From NCBI GenBank assembly GCA_937931785.1, contig CALHAX010000069.1, positions 53,837 through 117,836 on the forward strand: DNA of 64,000 nucleotides, read 5' to 3'. Numbering within the stretch: the stretch's first letter is position 1; each line of letters starts with the position of its first letter. The notes under the pieces were generated by a model. The model searched no databases and was not told where the DNA came from. It saw only the letters and a program-made list of their open reading frames with translations. Source of the DNA: an uncultured Hyphomicrobiaceae bacterium. Lineage in GTDB: Bacteria; Pseudomonadota; Alphaproteobacteria; Rhizobiales; CALHAX01. Shown here in pieces: positions 29,169 to 39,238 of the stretch. The position numbers and the translations under genes are program-made.

Positions 29169-30437
29169 ATGATCGCACCTGAGCTGAATGACTGCTTCCT
29201 TCATGATAAAGACAGGCTTGCCCACGTCGAAGCGGTAAAGCTTCTGGTTGAGCGCACCCGGACCCATGGCCGGACCGAGAACATTCCGGTTTCAAGCGCG
29301 TCCGGACGATACATCGTCGATGAAATGACCGCGCCATCCCCTGTTCCAGGGCATCGAAATGCGGCGGTGGACGGCTACGCCTTCGCAACTACAGACTATG
29401 ATGCCAGCGACGGAACCACGTTCGATGTGGTTGCGCGTGTGGCCGCCGGCCATCCATTGCATCAGACACCGCCACACGGTTCATGCGTACGTATCTTCAC
29501 TGGTGCTCCGGTTCCAGATGCCTTTGATACCGTTGTCATGCAGGAAGACGTCACACTCACCCCGGATGGCAAAACGATGATGGCCCCCTCCGGCCTGAAA
29601 GCTGGCATCAACATTCGTGCTGCCGGGGAAGATCTGGAGATGGGAGCATCGATTGCGACCCCTGGTCAAAAACTGCGACCACAAGACCTGGCCGCACTGA
29701 CATCCGCCGGCTACGAGACGATTTCTTGTTATGAAACCCCGGTGGTCGGGCTGTTCTCCAGTGGTGATGAAGTCGTTCGACCGGGCCGCCCCCTGGAACA
29801 CGGACAGGTTTACGACGCCAACGCGGCCATGCTGCCAGCGCTGATCGAAGCTACAGGTGCAACGTTTCAGGACCTCGGTATCCTTCCTGACGACCGCACG
29901 ACGGTACGTCAGAAACTTCTTGAGGCGGCCGAGACGTTCGATCTGGTGATCACATCAGGTGGTGCGAGCCTCGGTGAAGAAGACCATATCGTCTCGGTTC
30001 TGGACGAGATCGGCAAGCGGCATCTCTGGCAAATTGCAGTGAAGCCAGGCCGACCGATGATGTTCGGCCAACTCGGTCAAGCGGTGTTCATGGGGCTGCC
30101 TGGCAATCCCGTAGCGGTGTTCGTCTGTTTCCTCCTATATGGTCGCCCGCTGTTGACCCGATTGGGTGGCGGTACGTGGGTCGAACCCACACGCTTCAAG
30201 GTCACGGCTGACTTCTCAATCCCGAAGAAAAAGACTGACCGACGGGAGTTTCTGCGTGGCGCCCTGGTGTCCGGGCCGCATGGCCCCGTGGTTCGGAAGT
30301 TTCCCAAAGATGGTTCCGGCCTGATCACGTCGCTGCGTGAAGCCAATGGGTTTATCGAACTGGCGGAAGATGTGTCGTCCGTTTCCGAAGGCGATCTTGT
30401 CGACTTCCTGCCGTTTTCGGCGCTTGGAATTGCCTGA
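29169..30437 (+). CDS. moeA: Molybdopterin molybdotransferase MoeA
   Basis: AVDGYA, RIFTGA, SSGDE, SGGASLGEED, KPGRP and GLPGNP motifs. Confidence 0.95.
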   Translation: MIAPELNDCFLHDKDRLAHVEAVKLLVERTRTHGRTENIPVSSASGRYIVDEMTAPSPVPGHRNAAVDGYAFATTDYDASDGTTFDVVARVAAGHPLHQTPPHGSCVRIFTGAPVPDAFDTVVMQEDVTLTPDGKTMMAPSGLKAGINIRAAGEDLEMGASIATPGQKLRPQDLAALTSAGYETISCYETPVVGLFSSGDEVVRPGRPLEHGQVYDANAAMLPALIEATGATFQDLGILPDDRTTVRQKLLEAAETFDLVITSGGASLGEEDHIVSVLDEIGKRHLWQIAVKPGRPMMFGQLGQAVFMGLPGNPVAVFVCFLLYGRPLLTRLGGGTWVEPTRFKVTADFSIPKKKTDRREFLRGALVSGPHGPVVRKFPKDGSGLITSLREANGFIELAEDVSSVSEGDLVDFLPFSALGIA

Positions 30438-30578
30438 GAAGAACTTCAATCGACTTGCCATCGCCTGATTGCCGTTCCCAAATCGCCACAAATTCCGCTT
30501 AGGCCAACGCAAACGGTATGGTGCGGCGCGTATACTCGATGGCGCACACAACATGCCCGGCGCAGGGCTGCGAGTTTC

Positions 30579-33116
30579 ATGTCGACGTCTATTCGATACA
30601 TCATACTGACTCTTGAGTGGCTTATCGGGATTCCCTACCGGGTCTTTCGGTTTGTCTCACAGGCGATCGTGTTCAACCCACGGCTCGGCCCCATACGGCA
30701 CATTGCAACGGCCGGTCTGCTGTATGTCACCATGGCCGTAATGCTTGTGTACGTGGTTGCCCCCTTGCGTGGCCTGTATGGAGAATTCTGGCAGGGATCA
30801 AAAATCCACTACGACAGCCAACGCTGGCTTGCTACGGCGATTTACGACCGGAAAGACCAGTTCGTTGGCACATTCGATGCGCGCCTCGACAGCAAACGGG
30901 ATGTGAACTACACAGGCGTCCCTATTGAGGTTGCCGGGACGAGCTATGTCGCCAATCCTGACCACAAGTCCATCCCCGTGCGCAAGACGCCTGAACAATT
31001 CTGGCGCTGCCTTGTGTACCATGAGGACCGCTACCTCGGCACACTGTGGAACCCTTATGGCATCGACCTCTGGGGTGTCCTGAAAATTCCGGTTTCCACA
31101 GTGCAGCGCTCTATCCGCGGTCGTGGTGTGCGGTTTGGTGTGGGTGGCTCAACGCTACCAATGCAGCTCGCACGTATTGTCTACAAGACGCCACCGCGCC
31201 GGGGTGAAAGCTCACTCGACAAGATTCGTCGAAAACTGAAAGAGTGGTGGCTTGCTCCGGTTATTTACCGCACCTTGACCAAGGACGGGAATACGGAGCC
31301 GTTCAAGCAGTGGACCGCAAACCACCTCTGGCTCGGACAACGTACAGGCGGACAGGATCTACACGGAATTGAGGTCACGGCGCGCGTCGTATTCGGCAAA
31401 GCAGCCGAAGATTTGAATGTGGCGGAACAGTTCGTGTTGGCGTCGGCAGTCAACAAACCCATTATCCTCCTTGATGGTAGCGATCGGCTTAATGCAGTGA
31501 GACTCGATCGTTGGCGTTACATTGTCGAGGTTCGGGCTCGCAAGTGTGCAACAGAGCTGATCTCAAACGAGGAATTAAAGAAGGAAATACTGTTTGAGTT
31601 GACCAACATCGCCGGTGGTCCGCCTGATCCCAAGATCGCACCCAAGATGGATGCTGCCGTTCAAGCCAGTGCACCGCGTTACGTACGTCAGGCACGCGCC
31701 AATCCTGCATTGCGCGCCAACGTGCTCATACCTGCGGCACGTTACGGTGTGCGCGAAGAGATGAAACAAGAGTTTGGCTTCGAGTGGCGGAATTACGTGC
31801 GCGGCGTGAAGCTGACACTGGATGTTGCGGATAACAGAGGGTTCCGCGAGCGCGTGAAAGATCGTCTAACCAAGGTCCAGAAAGAGCATCAGGCTCGGAT
31901 CAATTCGCAATACTCACTTGATTTGCGGGCTCTCTCGTCGCCGGATGCTGCAGTGCGTGCCGTACCAAATGTCGTGGTTGCTGCGGCCAATGCGAAGGGC
32001 GAGATTGTTCGGTATTTCGAGGCGAAGGATACGGCGTCATACTTTGGTTCCGCCTACGCTCGCGATAGTGAAACAGGACGCTATGAGCCGAAGCGTGAAA
32101 CGCGGGCTATAGCGTCCGTTGGCAAGATGATGGCGGCGATCGCGATTGCGAACCGCACGCAAGACAATCTGGCATCGCGGTATCTGGATTTACAGGCTCC
32201 GGCGAAGGGGCTTGAATCATGCCGACGTCACGGGATCCTTCGGCAATCGCGTCGTGCGGAGGTTGTGTTCGCGTGTTCCCTCAGTCACCCACTCGAGATC
32301 CGACTGGCGAAGCTCGGACAGCGGCGACTCGCGCAATTGATCAACAAGTTTCAGTTTAACATGCCGCCATCTGCTGAACCGTCCGGTGCCACTCCGCCTT
32401 CAACGGCGATTGTGCGCGGATTTGTGACCGGTAGTCCGCGCAAGGTCCATCACATGGCAGGGGTTATTCTGGCATCCCTGACAGGCAAAGGCGCGCGTCC
32501 ACTGCCGGAACCTACTCTGATCAAGCGATTGGATGAGGCGGACACAACGGTTGATGCTGCTTCTACGGATGATGACGCTGATCGATCCGTGGGCCCGGAT
32601 GCGATCATTCCGGACCGGGTGATCCGGCCAGAAGCACGGCGACGGGTGCGAGAATTTCTTTCCGCACCATTGTGCTACGAGTTCCGCAAGCAGAAAATCG
32701 GTACACTCAAAAGCTTGCAGAAATGGTGCGCCAAGCGAAAGCGGAACGTGAAACTGCATTTTGCCAAAACCGGCACACAAGTGACCGAAGATCCGGATGC
32801 CACTGTTGATGCCTGGGTCGCAGGCGGTATCCAGTTCGCGAATGGGCCTGCGTATTCCTATGTCGTTGTTGTCGGTACCGGAAACAACAACGAGCCGTGG
32901 GCGCGGAAACTTCACGCATCGCAGCTGGCCGCTCCGCTTTTGGAGGCCTTGCTGGAAGATCTTGAAGTTGACGCCGCGAAGCAACCCCGGATCGCGCAAC
33001 GCGCTGCATTGAAAGTGACTTCCGGTTCACGTGGCACAAGCCGCCCAGTAAAGCGGGTTCGCGCGAAGCCGATTCGGCGGACAAAGAGACCGGGCTTGGC
33101 CCGGTCGGGGGAATAG
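30579..33116 (+). CDS. Divergent class A penicillin-binding protein (GT51 transglycosylase plus transpeptidase-like domain)
   Basis: TM anchor; HEDR, GGSTLPMQLAR and RKLKE; ASVGK (SxxK), CSLS and KTG. Confidence 0.82.
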   Translation: MSTSIRYIILTLEWLIGIPYRVFRFVSQAIVFNPRLGPIRHIATAGLLYVTMAVMLVYVVAPLRGLYGEFWQGSKIHYDSQRWLATAIYDRKDQFVGTFDARLDSKRDVNYTGVPIEVAGTSYVANPDHKSIPVRKTPEQFWRCLVYHEDRYLGTLWNPYGIDLWGVLKIPVSTVQRSIRGRGVRFGVGGSTLPMQLARIVYKTPPRRGESSLDKIRRKLKEWWLAPVIYRTLTKDGNTEPFKQWTANHLWLGQRTGGQDLHGIEVTARVVFGKAAEDLNVAEQFVLASAVNKPIILLDGSDRLNAVRLDRWRYIVEVRARKCATELISNEELKKEILFELTNIAGGPPDPKIAPKMDAAVQASAPRYVRQARANPALRANVLIPAARYGVREEMKQEFGFEWRNYVRGVKLTLDVADNRGFRERVKDRLTKVQKEHQARINSQYSLDLRALSSPDAAVRAVPNVVVAAANAKGEIVRYFEAKDTASYFGSAYARDSETGRYEPKRETRAIASVGKMMAAIAIANRTQDNLASRYLDLQAPAKGLESCRRHGILRQSRRAEVVFACSLSHPLEIRLAKLGQRRLAQLINKFQFNMPPSAEPSGATPPSTAIVRGFVTGSPRKVHHMAGVILASLTGKGARPLPEPTLIKRLDEADTTVDAASTDDDADRSVGPDAIIPDRVIRPEARRRVREFLSAPLCYEFRKQKIGTLKSLQKWCAKRKRNVKLHFAKTGTQVTEDPDATVDAWVAGGIQFANGPAYSYVVVVGTGNNNEPWARKLHASQLAAPLLEALLEDLEVDAAKQPRIAQRAALKVTSGSRGTSRPVKRVRAKPIRRTKRPGLARSGE

Positions 33117-33155
33117 ACGGACAGAGCGCCTTCGCTCGCCCGCCGACTTCTCCCG

Positions 33156-34337
33156 CTAATCCTTCACAACCAGCTTGCGTGGCGTATTGCACAGGCACTC
33201 GTGACCATCATCTGTGATGAGAATGGTTTCGGTGATTTCGATGGCGCCGTCGTCGAGCCAGAGCGCGGGCATGAAGTGAATAGTCATTCCCGGTTGGAAT
33301 TCGGTGTTGTCGCCGCGACGAAGAGAAATAGTGCGTTCGCCCCAGTCCGGCGGATACGAAAGGCCAATGGAGTAACCGGTACGGTTGTCCTTCACAAAAC
33401 CGCGTTCGCCGAGCGCGTCAAAGAACGCGGCAGCCATCTCTCCGCATGTGTTGCCCGGTTTTGCAGCTTCGAGACCGATTGCCGTGGACTCGAGAACGGC
33501 TTTTTCTGCGTCCAGGTACTTTTGTGGTGGCGTTCCGAGGAAGACTGTGCGGGATTGCGGACAGTGATAACGCTTATGGCAACCGCCAATTTCAAAGAAA
33601 GCGCTTTCACCATTGTTGTAGGTGCTGTCGTCCCAGGTGAGATGAGGCGCGGTGGCGTCCATGCCGCCGGGCACCATCGGAGCAAAGGCACAATAATCTC
33701 CCCAGTGACCGTCGGCACCACGCGTCCCTGTGGCGAGAATTTCCGCAACGAGCATGTTTTTCTGCAAGCCCGGCTCAACCATCTCCACAATCTTTGCGTG
33801 CATCGCTTCGACGATGCGAGCGGCGCGGCGGATATATTCGATTTCCTGCGGTGATTTGATCAGGCGCTGCCAGTTCACAAGCCCTGTCGCATCCTTGAGC
33901 GTTGCGTTCGGCAGATGTTTTTCCAAGGTCGCGTGGGCGGCCGCGGTGTACCAGTAGTTGTCCATCTCGACGCCGATGGTCTTTTTAGCCCATCCGCGCG
34001 CTTCGATTTCTTTCGCCAGCGGGTCCATCGGGTGGCGTTCAGAGGACTGCACGTAGTGATCCTCGTAACCGACGATGTCGCTGTCTTTCATCCAGACCGT
34101 ACGCTTGGCGCCGAGTGCATCGATCCCGCGGCCCCACCAGACAGGATCGCCGTCAAGTGCGAGCAGCACGCCCTGATGCGTGTAGAATGACCATCCGTCG
34201 TAGCCCGTCAGCCAGGCCATGTTGGAAGGATCGCTGGTCAGCATCACTTCGATGCCCTGAGCCTGCATCGCCGTGCGGGTTTTCGCAATCCGGTCGTCGT
34301 ATTCCGTGCGGGTGAAATTCAGATTGGGTGCAGCCAT
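33156..34337 (-). CDS. doeA: Ectoine hydrolase DoeA/EutD (M24 fold)
   Basis: DPSNMAWLTGYDGWSFY, YVQS.ERHPM, APHLTW, RTGYSIGLSYPPDWGERTISLR and HFMPALW motifs. Confidence 0.93.
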   Translation of the reverse strand: MAAPNLNFTRTEYDDRIAKTRTAMQAQGIEVMLTSDPSNMAWLTGYDGWSFYTHQGVLLALDGDPVWWGRGIDALGAKRTVWMKDSDIVGYEDHYVQSSERHPMDPLAKEIEARGWAKKTIGVEMDNYWYTAAAHATLEKHLPNATLKDATGLVNWQRLIKSPQEIEYIRRAARIVEAMHAKIVEMVEPGLQKNMLVAEILATGTRGADGHWGDYCAFAPMVPGGMDATAPHLTWDDSTYNNGESAFFEIGGCHKRYHCPQSRTVFLGTPPQKYLDAEKAVLESTAIGLEAAKPGNTCGEMAAAFFDALGERGFVKDNRTGYSIGLSYPPDWGERTISLRRGDNTEFQPGMTIHFMPALWLDDGAIEITETILITDDGHECLCNTPRKLVVKD

Positions 34338-34347
34338 GTGTTGGGTC

Positions 34348-35340
34348 TCAGCTCTCTATAATGGTTCCGGCATTTGCCGCTTTTGCGCGTGCCGTGGCAA
34401 GTGTTGCGATGGCCGTGTCCTGCACGCCTGTGCCTGTGAGGTCGGCGATGGTGATTTGCTCCGGCGATGTGCGGCCCTCTGCTTGTCCGGCGATGATGGC
34501 GCCGAGTTCTGGAAACACCGCGTCCCGCGCAATGGTTCCAGCAGCGATGGCGGCGCGAAGTTCGCCACGGATGCGAACTTGCGCGAGACTGTCGGCGACG
34601 TAGAGATTGGCACGGGGCAGCACATCTGGTGCGAGTTCGCTCTTGTAGTCCGCGTCGGAACCCATCGCTGTAATGTGCTGGCCAGGTTCCAGCATATCGG
34701 CGGTGAGCAGTGGTTCCCCGGAGGGGGTGGCCGTGACGATGATATCCGCTCCTTCGATGGCCTTCGGAATATCGTTTACAGCGGTGATCGGGATTTCCAG
34801 TTCTTCGGAGAGGCTCATCGCGACCGCTACAGCCTTGGCAGGGTCACGCGCCCAGATCCGTGCGTCTGCGACCGGACGCACCAGCGTCAGGGCTGCGAGC
34901 TGTGATCTCGCCTGGCCACCTGCTCCGAGCACCGCAACGCTTGAAGCGTCCCTGCGTGCCAAATGGCTTGCTGCAACTGCGCCGGCCGCGGCCGTTCGTG
35001 TGTCCGTCAGATAACCATTGTCGAGTAGCAGCGCGCTAACGATGCCGGTGCGGCTTTCGAACACGACCATCAGGCCGTTCAGGCTGGGCAGGCCCAACTT
35101 TGGATTGTCGAAGAATCCGGGGCTCATCTTGATGGCAAAGTGCTCGAGGCCCGGCACGTAAGCGGTCTTGACGTCAACCTCGCCGTTGAACTCATGGATC
35201 TCGAAACCCATGATCGGTGGCATGACCACGTCTTTGGTCGCCAGCGCGTGGAAGGCATCCTCAACACATACGACAGCCTCGGCATCAAGCGGGACGAGAT
35301 GGCGAAGTTCAGCTTCGGTGAGAACGGTGATGCTGGGCAT
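34348..35340 (-). CDS. eutC: Ectoine utilization cyclodeaminase-family protein EutC
   Basis: GEVDVKTAYVPG, PGFFDNPKLGLPS, LLDNGYLTD.RTAAAG and ADLTGTGVQD motifs; directly upstream of doeA. Confidence 0.9.
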   Translation of the reverse strand: MPSITVLTEAELRHLVPLDAEAVVCVEDAFHALATKDVVMPPIMGFEIHEFNGEVDVKTAYVPGLEHFAIKMSPGFFDNPKLGLPSLNGLMVVFESRTGIVSALLLDNGYLTDTRTAAAGAVAASHLARRDASSVAVLGAGGQARSQLAALTLVRPVADARIWARDPAKAVAVAMSLSEELEIPITAVNDIPKAIEGADIIVTATPSGEPLLTADMLEPGQHITAMGSDADYKSELAPDVLPRANLYVADSLAQVRIRGELRAAIAAGTIARDAVFPELGAIIAGQAEGRTSPEQITIADLTGTGVQDTAIATLATARAKAANAGTIIES

Positions 35341-35468
35341 GGGGTGTCCGGTTACAGGATCAATGTACCCTGCAATCATAAGAGAACGCGGGTCCGCCCG
35401 TCACGTCTTATTGCAATCCGTCACAAGACAAGCTTAGTGGCAGAAAACGGGGAGAGGGAGACATCCGG

Positions 35469-36650
35469 ATGACCAACCAACTCGATCGCGCGACACGTAT
35501 CCTCAAGGATCTTGTTGCGTTTCCTTCCGTGTCGGAGACGTCGAATGTCCCGATCGCGACGTACGTCACGGATTATCTCGCAGCGCATGGCATCACGGCA
35601 CAATGGGATCGCCATGACGAAAACGAACGCGGCGGCGAGATGACCAACATCTTCGCCACGATCGGTCCGGAGCGCGACGGCGGCACCATTCTGTGTGGCC
35701 ACATGGACGTCGTACCGGCTGACCCAAGCGGGTGGACAAGCGATCCATTCGATCTGACGGAACGTGACGGGCGGCTCTACGGGCGCGGATCTGTCGACAT
35801 GAAGGGCTTTCTTGCGATGACGCTGGCGGCGGTACCGGAGATGGTGGCCGCAGACCTTCAAACCCCGCTCCACATCGCATTCACCTATGATGAGGAGACC
35901 TGCAGTGTGGGTGCACGCAAGATGGTGCCGTTCCTGCAGCACCTTCCTTTCAAACCGGGAGCCTGCGTTGTTGGCGAACCCACATGCATGGTGCCGTATA
36001 TCGGACACAAGGGCGGCATGGAGCTGGAAACCGTGTTTCACGGGCGGGCGGGGCATGCCTCGATCCCGTCGAACGGCGTAAACACCATCTATTACGCGGC
36101 CCGGTTCGTGGATTTCCTGCGCCGGAAGGCCGACGCGATGGCGGCGAAACCGTTCCCGGGATCAAAATTCAATCCCCCCTATACGACAATCAGCGTGGGG
36201 CGCATTGACGGTGGGGAAGCGCGGAATATTATTCCTGATACGACGCGAGTGATCTGGGAAATGCGGGCTCTGCCTGATGATGATGAAGCGGCGCACATGG
36301 CAGAAATCAAAGCGTTTATCGAGAACGAACTTGTGCCGGAGATGAAGAAGGGCGACCCGGATGCGGGTGTCACGTTCCCGGTGGAAGGAAGTTATCCCGG
36401 CATGCGCGCGGACGAGGATACGCCAGCGCAAAAGCTGGTAGAGAAGATCTGGGATGTGGGGCCGCCGCAAGTCGTCTCGTTCGGAACGGATGGGTGCTAT
36501 GTCCAGCAGGCGGATATTCCGACGATCGTCATCGGACCAGGTAACATCGGGACGGCGCATCTGCCCGATGAATACATCGAGGTGGCCGACGTCCAAACCG
36601 GCATGGACTTCATGAACAAGCTGATCGCGCATCACAGTCGGAACGCGTGA
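35469..36650 (+). CDS. Acetylornithine deacetylase-like M20 amidohydrolase (ArgE family)
   Basis: GHMDVVP, GRGSVDMKG, YDEE, GEPT, GHAS and AHLPDEY motifs. Confidence 0.88.
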   Translation: MTNQLDRATRILKDLVAFPSVSETSNVPIATYVTDYLAAHGITAQWDRHDENERGGEMTNIFATIGPERDGGTILCGHMDVVPADPSGWTSDPFDLTERDGRLYGRGSVDMKGFLAMTLAAVPEMVAADLQTPLHIAFTYDEETCSVGARKMVPFLQHLPFKPGACVVGEPTCMVPYIGHKGGMELETVFHGRAGHASIPSNGVNTIYYAARFVDFLRRKADAMAAKPFPGSKFNPPYTTISVGRIDGGEARNIIPDTTRVIWEMRALPDDDEAAHMAEIKAFIENELVPEMKKGDPDAGVTFPVEGSYPGMRADEDTPAQKLVEKIWDVGPPQVVSFGTDGCYVQQADIPTIVIGPGNIGTAHLPDEYIEVADVQTGMDFMNKLIAHHSRNA

Positions 36651-37294
36651 TGACGCATGTGTGCCCGTTATGTCGGGCGCCTGATGCTGAAATGTTTGCG
36701 GACATCCCACCACGGCACTACTTCGGATGTCGGACGTGCGAGCTCGTTTTTCTTGATCCTACGCAGCGTCCGTCCGCTGCTGACGAGAGGGCCGAATACG
36801 ATTTGCATCGGAACGATCCGTTGGATTTTCGATACCGAAAATGGCTGGCACGGCTGATAAATCCTCTGATCGTGGGTTTTTCGTTCGATGCAGAAGGGCT
36901 TGATTTCGGAAGCGGGCCCGGGCCAACCATTTCCGCAATGCTGAGTGAGCGGGGCTACACCGTCACGAATTACGATCCCAACTACGCGCCGGACCGTGGC
37001 GTCCTTGAAGGGAGCTATGATTTCATTTCCTGCACTGAGGTGGCGGAACATTTTCACGCACCTTGTGAGGAATTCGCGCTGTTCAACCGCATGCTTCGAC
37101 CGGGTGGGCGGCTCGGCGTCATGACAGAGTTGTTGCTCCCGACGCAGGATTTCGCCGGGTGGCGCTATCGTCTTCAACCCAGCCACGTGGTATTCTATCG
37201 CCCCGAAACAATGGCATGGATTGCCGAACGATTTGCCTGGTCTCTGGAGCTGCAGGAACCTGATGTGACTCTGTTCGAACGCCTCAGAACATGA
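36650..37294 (+). CDS. Class I SAM-dependent methyltransferase with N-terminal zinc ribbon
   Basis: CPLC..C..C, LDFGSGPG and TEVAEH motifs; TGATG overlap with the upstream gene. Confidence 0.88.
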   Translation: MTHVCPLCRAPDAEMFADIPPRHYFGCRTCELVFLDPTQRPSAADERAEYDLHRNDPLDFRYRKWLARLINPLIVGFSFDAEGLDFGSGPGPTISAMLSERGYTVTNYDPNYAPDRGVLEGSYDFISCTEVAEHFHAPCEEFALFNRMLRPGGRLGVMTELLLPTQDFAGWRYRLQPSHVVFYRPETMAWIAERFAWSLELQEPDVTLFERLRT

Positions 37295-37306
37295 AAGGAT
37301 GGCGCA

Positions 37307-37912
37307 GTGAGCAATCCCTATACACAAACCAGGTTGCCGGATTGCGTGTCAGTGCGCTGCCCGAACTGCGAAGGCCACGCGCAGTTTGAGTATGCGTCTT
37401 ATGTCGGGATCAAAGAGCGAAAAGATATCGGGTATTTCGAGGCATCGGATCACTTTACCTACGTGACCTCAACCGATTCCTACAACGCCATGAAACATCT
37501 CGCCGTCTATTATCATGGTCTGAACGGAAATACGCTGCACACAATCTCCGACCTGCCTGATGGATACGAGACCGAACACTGGACATATACGACGACGTGG
37601 GGTGCGGGCCGCATGTACCGCTACTTAGACCATGGCGTTCTGGCCTGTCCGGCGTGTCACCTCAGACGCAAGCATGTCCTCAAATGGCCGGATGATGCGT
37701 GGTTTCAGGTGACGTACCGGGGGCAGACGCTTTGGGCCTTTGATCGCGACTCCGCTACTTCACTGCTGGCATTCGTCAGCGCGACAGACCGGAAACTGAA
37801 ACATTTTTCTCACAACAAGTTTCTCCTGAAGGTTCCAGCGCACTTCCTTTCTGCGAAGGCGCGTGGGCCCGTTGTCAAAAAACTCAGCGCCTTGCTTGAT
37901 GCGTCGCACTGA
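37307..37912 (+). CDS. Hypothetical protein with two CxxC motifs
   Basis: CPNC and CPAC, G.TLWAF; AAGGA RBS before GTG. Confidence 0.75.
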   Translation: MSNPYTQTRLPDCVSVRCPNCEGHAQFEYASYVGIKERKDIGYFEASDHFTYVTSTDSYNAMKHLAVYYHGLNGNTLHTISDLPDGYETEHWTYTTTWGAGRMYRYLDHGVLACPACHLRRKHVLKWPDDAWFQVTYRGQTLWAFDRDSATSLLAFVSATDRKLKHFSHNKFLLKVPAHFLSAKARGPVVKKLSALLDASH

Positions 37913-37915
37913 ACG

Positions 37916-39064
37916 TCACCGTGCTGCGCGCATCGCCTCGCTGGTTCGGGATATCCCGGAGAGACGTGCCTCGAATTCGGTGAAGCTGACATTCGTCGTA
38001 CCGCGCTTGTGGAAGTAGAGGCGTTGGGCAATCGCACGGGCGGGTGGTGTTCCGAGGCAGGCGTTAATGAGCAGGTTCGGCGGTGCGAAATTGAGGGCGT
38101 GTCGGAGCAAACCCTTCAGCCGAAATCGTGGCAGCTCCCGGGACATGACCGCTTCCGGTGCAGGTCCCAGATGTTCGAGATGATCCGCGACGAGGTGCGC
38201 AGCTCTTTTCGCAAAACGGAATGCGAGGCGGATGCCTCCACCGCTCATGGGTGACACCAGTCCTGCGGCATCCCCAATCAACAAGACACGCTCGGACGCA
38301 AATGGGGAAACAATTCCGCCGCAAGGAATGCGCCCCGAGCGTCGCTCGCTCAACGTTCCCTGCTTGTACTTGAACAGGTGATCGGTTGCGTCTGTGAAGG
38401 CAGACAGGTCGGCGCGGACACCGGCTTTGACGGCGAGGCCGACCTGCGTGATACACGGCCCCGGTGCAACCCACCCAATGTATCCGGGAGCAAGTTTGCT
38501 GTCGGCAAAACAGTGCAGGAACCTTGGGTCGACCGCGTCGAGCCCCGTATACTCGTGTTCCAGTCCGAGCAGAAAGCGCGTGTTACGGCCGAGATTGAAT
38601 GCCTTGCCGACGCGAGAGCGACCCCCATCTGCGCCGATCAGATAGCGCCCGGTGAGTCCTGATCCCGAGAGCGCGATGCCTGCGCCAATGTGTTCTGCTC
38701 CCTCAAATCTGGTATTGAACAGGATGTTCGCGCCCGCCCTCTCCGCCTCGTGCGCCAACCATCGCAACAATGCGGCCGTGTCGGTTGTCAGGAAGAAATA
38801 TCCCGGTGCAAAGAGATCCGTGAAACTGTGATTTGGTGCATAGAGACGCACACCGTGCACCTTGCGGGTTACGTGATGCGGGACGTCAATTTCCTCTGCA
38901 GCCTCTTTGACGAGGATTCCGGTCGTATGAACGCGCGCACCTGCGTCTGGTTTGGCTTCCAGAACAAGAACCTTGAGGCCTCGCATTGCCGCGGTGCGTG
39001 CCGCGACCAGACCTGAAAAGCTTGCACCCACGATGATGAGATCATAATCAGTTTGCGATCGCAT
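37916..39064 (-). CDS. FAD-dependent oxidoreductase, geranylgeranyl-reductase-like
   Basis: IVGASFSG, IGADG and GDAAGLVSPMSGGGI motifs. Confidence 0.88.
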   Translation of the reverse strand: MRSQTDYDLIIVGASFSGLVAARTAAMRGLKVLVLEAKPDAGARVHTTGILVKEAAEEIDVPHHVTRKVHGVRLYAPNHSFTDLFAPGYFFLTTDTAALLRWLAHEAERAGANILFNTRFEGAEHIGAGIALSGSGLTGRYLIGADGGRSRVGKAFNLGRNTRFLLGLEHEYTGLDAVDPRFLHCFADSKLAPGYIGWVAPGPCITQVGLAVKAGVRADLSAFTDATDHLFKYKQGTLSERRSGRIPCGGIVSPFASERVLLIGDAAGLVSPMSGGGIRLAFRFAKRAAHLVADHLEHLGPAPEAVMSRELPRFRLKGLLRHALNFAPPNLLINACLGTPPARAIAQRLYFHKRGTTNVSFTEFEARLSGISRTSEAMRAAR

Positions 39065-39238
39065 TTGTTGAATCCCTCCTGGTCATTGCGTGGCCTGCCT
39101 GCCGCCTCGGACACTGCTGCAAGGCGGTGACCGAATACCGTGTCATGCTGTCAAATCGTCAGGAGATTCCTCGCAGATTATGCGCCAGTCCGTGCTAAAG
39201 CCTTCAAGGCACGCCAGCATTGCTGCCTGGGGGACACC

